Source: Myxococcota bacterium (lineage in GTDB: Bacteria; Myxococcota; JACRCW01). From it: a stretch of DNA of 24,500 bases. Under the pieces are notes generated by a model, which was not told the DNA's origin, did no database searches, and saw only the letters and a list, made by a program, of their open reading frames with translations. The translations under genes were made by a program, and so were the position numbers. The stretch is from assembly GCA_040752415.1 (NCBI GenBank), contig JBFMGU010000163.1, positions 1-24,500 of the forward strand, read 5' to 3'. Every line of letters begins with the position of its first letter. The first letter of the stretch is position 1. This document shows positions 18,401-24,500 of this stretch, in pieces.

Positions 18401-19596
18401 AGGTGGGCCCGCTGCAAACGCCTTCCGTCACCACCGCGCTGGAGGGCATTGACGACGTGGATTGCTTCACCCTGGACATCTCCGCGAGCAGCGAGAGCTA
18501 CGTGGTGAGCGCGGACGGTCCGGACGGCACCTGCGCCACCGACACCGTGCTGCAGCTCAGGGACGTCAGCAACGGTGCCAACGACATCCTCTACACCGTC
18601 GACGACACCGGGGTGGACCGTTGCGCCACGCTGCAGGCCTTCCTCGCGCCCGCCAGCTACGCCGTGTGCGTCTCCGGGTTTGCCGGCCAGCCCGTTCCCG
18701 ACGTCACGCTGGCGGTGGAGAGCTCCGTGGGCGCGCCCGCCAACGACGGCTGCCGCGACCCGGGCACCCCGGTGCTGGACCTCTCGCCCGGAGTCCACGC
18801 GCTCAGCGGCAGCACCGTGGCCGCGCTGAGCGACTTTGAATGCTTCGCCGCCACGTGCCCCACCCCGGACATCCAGTCCAGCCAGGGCAATGACGTGTTC
18901 TACACGCTGGACCCCGGCCCCACGGACATCTCCGTGCGCATCAACGTCAAGCGGACCGGCTACCCGGAGCCCGTTGACACGCCGCGCGTCTTCATCGTCG
19001 ACGACGGCTGCGGCGGCATCCCGCTGCGCGCCGCGCCCTATGACACCTTCCTGGGTGGCGCCACCACGCGCATCCACGTGCCGGGCGGCAGCGTCTATCA
19101 CCTGGTTGTCGACGAGGCGTCCGAGTCCGGAGAGGGTTTCCACACGCTGACCTGGGAGACCTACAACGGCCCGCCGGAGATTGCCGGCGCGGATGCGTGT
19201 TCACTCACCGAGCCGGAGATCCTGACGCTGTTCAACGACCCGGTGCAGGGCGGAGCCGACGCGGCCACCAGCGGCAACACCGTGCTCAACAACGACAGTC
19301 CCCCGCTGCCCTGCACCGACTTCCTGCCCGGCAACGACGTCCATTACGCCTACCAGCTGGAGCCGGGACAGCAGATCGACGTCGTGGCGAAGTTCTATGA
19401 TCGTCCCGGGGCGTTGGTGCTGACGGAGGATTGCGGCGCGCAGACGTGCCAGGTGGCCTATGGCGACTACTCCGGCGGCGAGGTCACGCTCACCGACACC
19501 AACGCCACGGCGGGTCGCGTGACGCGCTACATCCTGCTGGATTCCACCTCGCCCGGCGGTGGCGACTACGAGCTGCGCTGGACCATCACCCCTTGA
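15412..19596 (+). CDS. Very large mosaic lipoprotein (1394 aa): carboxypeptidase-regulatory-like beta domains, DxDxDG Cys-rich region, DAG linker, probable beta-propeller, PPC-like C-terminal modules
   Basis: Lipobox VGG-C22. PLAGARVAL...TRADGKFTIRNLPEG and GEFTIEGVGAGPW resemble CarboxypepD_reg. DLDDDG, DDDGDG and DLDLDGICD are TSP3-like. The C-terminal modules contain PANDGC...SGST...GNDVFY and ADAC...SGNT...GNDVHY. Domain boundaries were judged by eye. Confidence 0.85.
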   Translation: MRTHGLSCVSLVLTAGAVVGGCVYPFEPTPAERFAGDVTGLMVGVPPGEIGVRPLAGARVALRRSSVVRTTRADGKFTIRNLPEGDHVLVATWDRNQDGNAELRAQVTVPIKIRAGDARRPWVDLGSVELLPPSTIHGRVAGLADFAPALVTLRDTDEVVFPDPTTGEFTIEGVGAGPWEIVAAAPGMMSAVQQFTVGAGVEMTLGEPLTLTTLVDLGRVSGTVVLPPDQQTSASTLAQGLGENARFRLVNLATPEGDELSTLSGLDFNIEERAGVYVLELDLGEELLPVRIPGVVITPNTIATLGQIVSSYSPGAGCTDLDDDGLCLIIEENHPCLEACREQGTNLTVACVAAGTPWDCDDDGDGQADAEERLGSLTGEPPCRCGPEGTVQGPTCENDPLRSDLDLDGICDLYDRFPRCRYNNAACVPEGGPDAGPRPDASAGEDAGVTTLDAGVDGDAAVTTQDAGGADASAPGSDAGAPDAAVDVDAGSTDAGSLPDFPAPVLVIPTSSSFTPVAVSVSPSGGFHVLGQAFSAVDLGPACQTVVSGQGYAVAHFSATGDCLWLAVQQYDFKADADLQALAMTTTDDGRVAVAGIARGRVDFGGGAQDLGNTESMYLTVYNTAGQLKGFRSILDVRPTPLGLLPIPQGFAVSGTVENANGVELSPTISLARLGAASRLAVFVAAFNHDLSEVLRGDLVEGAESREDRRPLTLAPDGALAMVSDGSAVLSRRWADGTQAATEPNVTRGADEKLFVLKIPPTLTGPSTLASLDLQVRPVVGVDGAQLDVVAAGKDAQGLTMALYSRGMDVELPDSTVIPGVVDGRVLSISLGNTNNLRGVAHQGGGYDYSPSAVDVQAGEVMTAATFPKGMFTADGNGAWSTVYAPVVSTASTSTAAFTFLDGATGAFRAGVMAYPLTSANYDGAYVHAADRFPDGTVLAVGFTYGDVVFGTQLDCNGVPTGGDTVSSTGMFLWKFTPTPDPACIPTTAGPPDGELEVGPLQTPSVTTALEGIDDVDCFTLDISASSESYVVSADGPDGTCATDTVLQLRDVSNGANDILYTVDDTGVDRCATLQAFLAPASYAVCVSGFAGQPVPDVTLAVESSVGAPANDGCRDPGTPVLDLSPGVHALSGSTVAALSDFECFAATCPTPDIQSSQGNDVFYTLDPGPTDISVRINVKRTGYPEPVDTPRVFIVDDGCGGIPLRAAPYDTFLGGATTRIHVPGGSVYHLVVDEASESGEGFHTLTWETYNGPPEIAGADACSLTEPEILTLFNDPVQGGADAATSGNTVLNNDSPPLPCTDFLPGNDVHYAYQLEPGQQIDVVAKFYDRPGALVLTEDCGAQTCQVAYGDYSGGEVTLTDTNATAGRVTRYILLDSTSPGGGDYELRWTITP
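16711..16899 (+). repeat. DA[G/S/A] tripeptide repeat linker (11 copies in 63 aa)
   Basis: DAGPRPDASAGEDAGVTTLDAGVDGDAAVTTQDAGGADASAPGSDAGAPDAAVDVDAGSTDAG. Confidence 0.85.
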
Positions 19597-19631
19597 CGTC
19601 ACCCCGGGATCGGGAGTGCTGTGCTGACGAC

Positions 19632-20447
19632 ATGGCACGCAACGATCCCGTCCCCGAGCTGATTGACCGACTGGAGATCCCGTTCAACGCGCTGGGCGTG
19701 GATCCCTACGGCATCTCCAAGAAGCACCTGCGCATCTTCTTCCGGGCGCTGGCGGCGCTGTACCGCCACTACTTCCGCGTGCAGGCACACGGCATCCACC
19801 ACGTCCCGCCGCGCGGCCGCGCCATGTTGGTGGGCAACCACTCCGGCGGCGTGGCCGTGGACGGCGCCATGGTGATTGCGTCCATGCTGCTGGAGATGGA
19901 GCCGCCGCGGCTGGCGCAGGGCATGGCGGAGAAGTTCCTCAACACCTTGCCGCTCAGCTCGATGTGGACGGCGCGCACGGGACAGTTCACCGGCCTGCCG
20001 GAGAACGCGGTGCGTCTCCTCGAGGATGAGCGCCTGTTGATGGTGTTCCCCGAGGGCGCACGCGGCACCGCCAAGCTGTTCCACGAGCGCTACTCGCTGG
20101 TGGACTTCGGCACCGGGTTCATGCGGCTGGCCATGAAGACGAAGTCGCCGATTGTGCCATTTGGCTTCATTGGCGGCGGCGAGGCCATCCCCACCATCCA
20201 CAACGCGTACCGCCTGGGGCAGCTGATGGGCGTGCCCTACATCCCGGTGACGCCGTACCTGGTGGCGCTGCCGCTGCCCGTGCCGCTCTCCGTCTACTAC
20301 GGCGAGCCCATGCGCTTCGAGGGCACCGGTGACGAGGAGGACGCGGTCATCCAGCGCAACGTGGACCAGGTGAAGAACCGGATTGCCGAGCTGATTGAGC
20401 AGGGTCGGAAGGAACGTGGCCTGCTGGCGACGGGAGGCCAGTCATGA
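19632..20447 (+). CDS. Lysophospholipid acyltransferase (PlsC/LPLAT superfamily)
   Basis: Motifs GVDPYG, LVGNHSGGVAVDG, VFPEGARG, FGTGFMRLA and PIVPFG. ATG at 19632. Confidence 0.9.
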   Translation: MARNDPVPELIDRLEIPFNALGVDPYGISKKHLRIFFRALAALYRHYFRVQAHGIHHVPPRGRAMLVGNHSGGVAVDGAMVIASMLLEMEPPRLAQGMAEKFLNTLPLSSMWTARTGQFTGLPENAVRLLEDERLLMVFPEGARGTAKLFHERYSLVDFGTGFMRLAMKTKSPIVPFGFIGGGEAIPTIHNAYRLGQLMGVPYIPVTPYLVALPLPVPLSVYYGEPMRFEGTGDEEDAVIQRNVDQVKNRIAELIEQGRKERGLLATGGQS

Positions 20448-21358
20448 AGGTCCTGGTGATGGGCGTGGCCGGCGCGCTGGCCAAGGCGGTGGCGCTGGAG
20501 CTGATGCGTCGGGGACACGAGGTCATGGGGCTGGACCGTCGCTCCTGGCGGGATGCGCCCAAGGGCCTGGACGTGTACGAGATGGACCTGCGCAAGCGCG
20601 CCGCGGAGGACGTGTTCCGACGACGCCGGCCCGACTGCGTGATCCACATGGCCACGGTGAGCGCGTTGACCGCCAGCGGCGAGGAACGCTCCCGGCTCAA
20701 CCTGGGTGGCACGCGCGCGGTGTTCGAGCACAGCAGTGCGCACGGCGTGAAGCACGTGGTGTTCGTGGGACGTCACACCTACTACGGCGCCGCTCCCGAC
20801 TCACCGCTGTATCACACCGAGGACGAACCGCCGCAGGCGCTGGGCCTCTTCCCCGAGCTGGCGGACCTGGTGGCCGCGGACCTCTACGCCGCCAACATGC
20901 TCTGGCGCACCCCCGGGCTCACCACCACGGTGCTGCGGCTCTGCTACACGCTGGGTCCATCAAAGACCGGCACGCTGGCGACGTTCCTCAGCGGCTCCCG
21001 CGTGCCCATGGTGCTGGGCTACGACCCGCTCTTCCAGTTCCTCTACGAAGCCGACGCGGTGAACGCGATTGTGCTGGCGACGGAGAAGCGCAGGGCCGGC
21101 GTGTTCAACGTGGCGGGCCCGCCGCCGCTGCCGCTCTCGGTGATCATCCGCGAGACGGGACGCACCGCGGTGCCGCTCCCGGAGGCGGTGCTCTCGCGCC
21201 TGATCGGCCGCTTCGGCTTTCCGGCGCTGCCGCGCGGGGCGCTCTCGCACATCAAGTTCCCCGTGGTGGTCGACGCCAAGGTGTTCCGCGAGGCCACCGG
21301 GTTCCACCACGAGATCGACGAGGTGGAGACGCTGGCCCGGTTCCGCGCGCTGCGCTAA
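20444..21358 (+). CDS. NAD-dependent epimerase/dehydratase-like extended SDR, atypical active site
   Basis: Rossmann start MKVLVMGVAGALA..., plus VIHMA, NLGGT, YGA and GVFNVAG. Translationally coupled to the acyltransferase by an ATGA overlap. Confidence 0.85.
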   Translation: MKVLVMGVAGALAKAVALELMRRGHEVMGLDRRSWRDAPKGLDVYEMDLRKRAAEDVFRRRRPDCVIHMATVSALTASGEERSRLNLGGTRAVFEHSSAHGVKHVVFVGRHTYYGAAPDSPLYHTEDEPPQALGLFPELADLVAADLYAANMLWRTPGLTTTVLRLCYTLGPSKTGTLATFLSGSRVPMVLGYDPLFQFLYEADAVNAIVLATEKRRAGVFNVAGPPPLPLSVIIRETGRTAVPLPEAVLSRLIGRFGFPALPRGALSHIKFPVVVDAKVFREATGFHHEIDEVETLARFRALR

Positions 21359-21575
21359 CGAGGATGCGGATCAGCCGCGCGAGGAGTGTGAAGCGGTGTG
21401 GCGCGCGTCCCCCATTGGCCGACCGCGTCCGTTGGCTCAACCAGGGTGAACGCACCGCGTTGACGGTGTGACCGCCCAGACGATTGGTGCGGCCGCACCG
21501 CACGTCGTGAAGGAATGACCGGCGCGCGCATGCGCGTTGCAGCCGGGATCCTCGACGTCACGACGGAGCAATCCC

Positions 21576-23144
21576 GTGGGTCTCGCCGAATACCATCGCA
21601 AACGGAATTTCCAGGTCACACCCGAGCCGCGCGGTCGCGTGGAGAAGCACGCTCCCGGGCTGTTCGTCATCCAGAAGCACGACGCGTCACACCTGCACTA
21701 CGACTTCCGCCTGGAGCTGGACGGCGTGCTGAAGAGCTGGTCCATCCCGCGCGGCCCGAGCCTGGACCCCAAGGTGAAGCGCCTGGCCATGCCCACCGAG
21801 GATCATCCGGTCGACTACGCGGACTTTGAAGGCGTGATCCCCGAGGGGGAATACGGCGGCGGCACGGTCATGATCTGGGACCGCGGCACCTGGTCCACCG
21901 ACGAGAACCCACGCGAGGCGCTGGGCAACGGCCGGCTCACCTTCACGCTCAAGGGCCAGAAGCTGCACGGTCGTTGGCGACTGATCCGCGTGGGCAAGAC
22001 GCGCGGCTCCCGGGGAGGAGCGGGCTGGCTGCTCATCAAGTCACGCGACCAGCACGCGCGCGAGGAGAGTGCGTACGACGTCACCGTGGCGAAACCCAAC
22101 AGCGTCACCACGCGCCGCTCGCTCGATGCGATTGCAGGCGCACGGTCACGCGAGCGGCCCGCGAAGGGCGGTCGGAGCAGGGTCCGGGCCACGGTGACGA
22201 AGGAGCCCGCGCCCAACGGCCACGCGCGCGCCAAGCGCAACGGGGCCACGCCCCACGACTTCCACGGCGTGCGCATCACCCACCCGGACCGCGTCATCTA
22301 CCCGGAGCAGGGCCTCACCAAGCGCGACCTGGCGGAGTACTACGAGGCCATTGCCGACGAGATCCTGCCGCACCTGCACGACCGTCCCCTCACCATGATC
22401 CGCTGCCCCGAGGGAAGGACCGAGCAGTGTTTCGTGCAGAAGCACACCGGCAGGTGGAAAGCGCCGCAGCTGCGCGTGGTGACCCTGCGGGAGCGCAACA
22501 AGACGGGCGAGTACGTCATCGCCGAGTCGGTGCCGGGGCTGGTGGCGCTGGTGCAGCACGGCGTCCTGGAGCTGCATACGTGGAACGCGGTGGCCCGCCA
22601 CGTCGACCAGCCGGACCGCCTGGTGTTCGACCTGGACCCCGACCCGGGGATGCCGTGGCGGCGCGTCGTCGACGGGGCGTGGCGGATGCGCCAGCGGTTG
22701 GAGTCGCTGGGATTGGAGAGCTTTGTGAAGACCACCGGCGGCAAGGGCCTGCACGTGGTGGTGCCCATCCAGCGCGGTCCCAGCTGGGATGCCTGCGCGG
22801 ACTTTGCACGCGCGGTGGCGGAGGACCTCACGCGGGAGGATCCGCGGGGCTACACCGCCGACGCCAGCAAGAGCGTGCGCAAGGGACGCATCTTCATCGA
22901 CTACCTGCGCAACACCCGCGGTGCCACCTCCGTGGCGGCGTTCTCACCACGCGCGCGCAAGCACGCCCCGGTGTCCGTCCCCATCCACTGGGATGAGCTC
23001 ACCGTGGACCTGCGCTCCGACGCGTTCACCGTGCGCAACGTGCTGGAGCGGCTCCAGCGGCTGCGGAAGGACCCGTGGGAGCGCTACCCGCGCGTGCGGC
23101 AGCGCATCACCGTCGACGCCCGACGGGAGATCGGCCTGGGTTGA
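21576..23144 (+). CDS. ligD: LigD-family 3'-phosphoesterase plus primase-polymerase fusion, no ligase domain
   Basis: GTG at 21576 has GGAG upstream. PE motifs: EYHRKRNF..TPEP, FVIQKHDASHLHYDFRLE, TEDHP.DYADFEG.IP.GEYGGG. Pol motifs: ITHPDRV, RLVFDLDP, KTTGGKGLHV, IFIDYLRN. Only about 43 aa separate the two domains. Confidence 0.9.
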   Translation: MGLAEYHRKRNFQVTPEPRGRVEKHAPGLFVIQKHDASHLHYDFRLELDGVLKSWSIPRGPSLDPKVKRLAMPTEDHPVDYADFEGVIPEGEYGGGTVMIWDRGTWSTDENPREALGNGRLTFTLKGQKLHGRWRLIRVGKTRGSRGGAGWLLIKSRDQHAREESAYDVTVAKPNSVTTRRSLDAIAGARSRERPAKGGRSRVRATVTKEPAPNGHARAKRNGATPHDFHGVRITHPDRVIYPEQGLTKRDLAEYYEAIADEILPHLHDRPLTMIRCPEGRTEQCFVQKHTGRWKAPQLRVVTLRERNKTGEYVIAESVPGLVALVQHGVLELHTWNAVARHVDQPDRLVFDLDPDPGMPWRRVVDGAWRMRQRLESLGLESFVKTTGGKGLHVVVPIQRGPSWDACADFARAVAEDLTREDPRGYTADASKSVRKGRIFIDYLRNTRGATSVAAFSPRARKHAPVSVPIHWDELTVDLRSDAFTVRNVLERLQRLRKDPWERYPRVRQRITVDARREIGLG

Positions 23145-23147
23145 CGC

Positions 23148-23675
23148 TCACACCCAGCTGCCAAAGCCCAGCTGCTCATCCGGGTCCATCTCCTGCAGCG
23201 CGTCCGTGGGATGACGCACACGCAGGTGGTTCTCCACGGACTTCACGCCGAGCACGTCGTCGGCCAGGTCCTCCGCCATCCACTTGCTGTGGCGGTCGGG
23301 CACGTAGCCGCTGAGGCGCACCTTCCCGTTCTCCACGCTCACCTCCACGTCGCGTGCGTCGATGTCCTCGTGGTCGGTGAGGATCTGGATGACGTCGTCC
23401 TTGATGCGGTCGTCGCGGCGCTGGTAGCCGCGCGGCCCCACGCCGCGGTAGCCGGAACCCCGGCCTCCCATGGGCGGCACCCGCGGCTTGGGCGCGCCGC
23501 CATACGGGTTGAAGTTCAGCCAGGCCCCCCGCGGGATGTTGGCCCACGTGCGCGAGCGACCGGCATCCCGGGGCGCGGGGCGCGGTGTCACCGGGGTCAC
23601 CGGGTCCTTGGAGAGATTCCCGCCGGAGTGCAGCACCTCGTGCTCGGAACGTTCCATCCTCTGCATCCGCCTCAT
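23148..23675 (-). CDS. BON-domain protein
   Basis: ATG at 23675 has GGGAGG upstream. GPRGYQRRDDRIKDDV...IDARDVEVSVENGKVRLSGYV...AEDLADDVLGVKSVENHLRV is a single BON domain with the usual GP.GY.R.D leader. Confidence 0.9.
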   Translation of the reverse strand: MRRMQRMERSEHEVLHSGGNLSKDPVTPVTPRPAPRDAGRSRTWANIPRGAWLNFNPYGGAPKPRVPPMGGRGSGYRGVGPRGYQRRDDRIKDDVIQILTDHEDIDARDVEVSVENGKVRLSGYVPDRHSKWMAEDLADDVLGVKSVENHLRVRHPTDALQEMDPDEQLGFGSWV

Positions 23676-23832
23676 GACAGTTCCTCCCGCGTGGTGCACC
23701 TCTCCCTCGAGGTACCCGACGTGGGCGGCGCGGCAAGCGGTTTGGAGCTGCGCGGGGAGCGCGGACGCGGACGCGGGCGTTGACGTCGTGCCCACCGTCG
23801 TCGACGTCGTTACATGGACAGCGGAGGCGCGC

Positions 23833-24078
23833 ATGCTGGAGCCAGGGCTCGCCGTGCTGCTGTGCCTGGTGATCACGGGGCTGCTGCTGTGGGCCCTCCG
23901 ACTCGGTCGTGACGGTGAGCCCGCGCCGTGGCTCCCCCCGCCGGAGGAAGACGCCGACCTGGAGCGGGAGACCCGGGAAGCGGTGGAGCCCCCCCTGGCT
24001 CCGCCGGGCCTGCCGCCCCTCGACGCACGCATCCCGCCACGTCACAAACCCAACGCTCCGCCGAGCCCGCAGACCTGA
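23833..24078 (+). CDS. Small (81 aa) membrane protein with Pro-rich tail
   Basis: GGAGG at 23823-23827 precedes the ATG at 23833. One hydrophobic helix (GLAVLLCLVITGLLLWAL) and GC3-biased codons. Divergent from the BON gene. Confidence 0.6.
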   Translation: MLEPGLAVLLCLVITGLLLWALRLGRDGEPAPWLPPPEEDADLERETREAVEPPLAPPGLPPLDARIPPRHKPNAPPSPQT

Positions 24079-24191
24079 GGGCCTTTGGAGAGGCTGCAGC
24101 GCTTCTGGAACGACGCTGTGGGCTCCGCCAATGAGATTGGGTGCGGCCCTTTTGAGACGACGCTTGGCCGCAGGCGTAAGCAAATCCGCAG

Positions 24192-24480
24192 GTGGCCGGC
24201 AAATGGTCAGCCCTGGGCCCAGCGCTTCATGACGACGGAAACTGGCGTGCAACGTCGGCCCAGCGGTTCATGGCGACGAAGAATGGCCTGCAATGTAGGG
24301 GCTGCCCGTTGCCGGTAACGCGTGAACGGTGGAAGTGGCCGGCAATGGTCAGCCCCGGGCCCAGCGGTTCATGACGACGGAAACTGGCATGCAACGTCGG
24401 CCCAGCGGTTCATGGCGACGAAGAATGGCCTGCAATGTAGGGGCTGCCCGTTGCCGGTAACGCGTGAACGGTGGAAGTGG
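24192..24480. repeat. Non-coding nested tandem repeat: two units of 143 and 142 bp
   Basis: 24192-24334 and 24335-24476 differ by 3 substitutions and a 1-nt indel, followed by a 4-nt start (GTGG) of a third unit. Each unit holds two related 41-bp subrepeats. Confidence 0.95.
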
Positions 24481-24500
24481 ACGACAGAGGACCGACCAGG

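Noticed and set aside
15430..19143. 549-aa and 566-aa minus-strand ORFs
   Set aside because: Shadows of the 1394-aa lipoprotein.
23676..24032. Long N-terminal extension of the BON ORF (and similar extensions at 2445, 9316, 15433, 19431)
   Set aside because: Low-complexity translations overlapping neighbouring genes. Downstream ATGs with an RBS, signal peptide or family-typical N-terminus fit better.
24085..24374. Short ORFs across the terminal repeat
   Set aside because: Poor codon bias, and the repeat period and 1-nt indel do not preserve frame.
24192..24480. CRISPR array
   Set aside because: Intervening sequences are themselves repeated, spacing alternates between 41 and about 101 bp, and no cas genes are in the window.

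Overview
Very GC-rich (roughly 68-70% by eye), gene-dense bacterial DNA. The gene content (TPR proteins, Cys/Asp-rich giant lipoproteins, DAG-repeat linkers, a PEGA protein) points to Myxococcota. About 18 real CDSs can be separated from many antisense shadow ORFs. In order: a TPR protein (5' part outside the window), a DUF547 protein, an M19 dipeptidase, an orphan protein with a type III needle/filament-like C-terminus, a secreted SRPBCC protein, an Slt-type lytic transglycosylase, a small MenA/MenT-like toxin-antitoxin pair whose nucleotidyltransferase toxin has lost its catalytic core in frame, an AurF-like diiron protein, three large lipoproteins (beta-propeller; 15 Cys/Asp repeats plus 3 P-domains; a 1394-aa mosaic) with a PEGA protein between the first two, an acyltransferase plus atypical SDR pair, a LigD with phosphoesterase and polymerase but no ligase domain, a BON protein and a small membrane protein. 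The window ends in a non-coding nested tandem repeat (143/142 bp units containing 41-bp subrepeats and a 22-bp inverted repeat). I see no rRNA, canonical tRNA, CRISPR array, transposase or integrase. All family assignments come from recognising motifs by eye; no database search was run. No complete novel system is demonstrable here. The best leads are the toxin remnant, the T3SS-like orphan, the ligase-less LigD and the terminal repeat.
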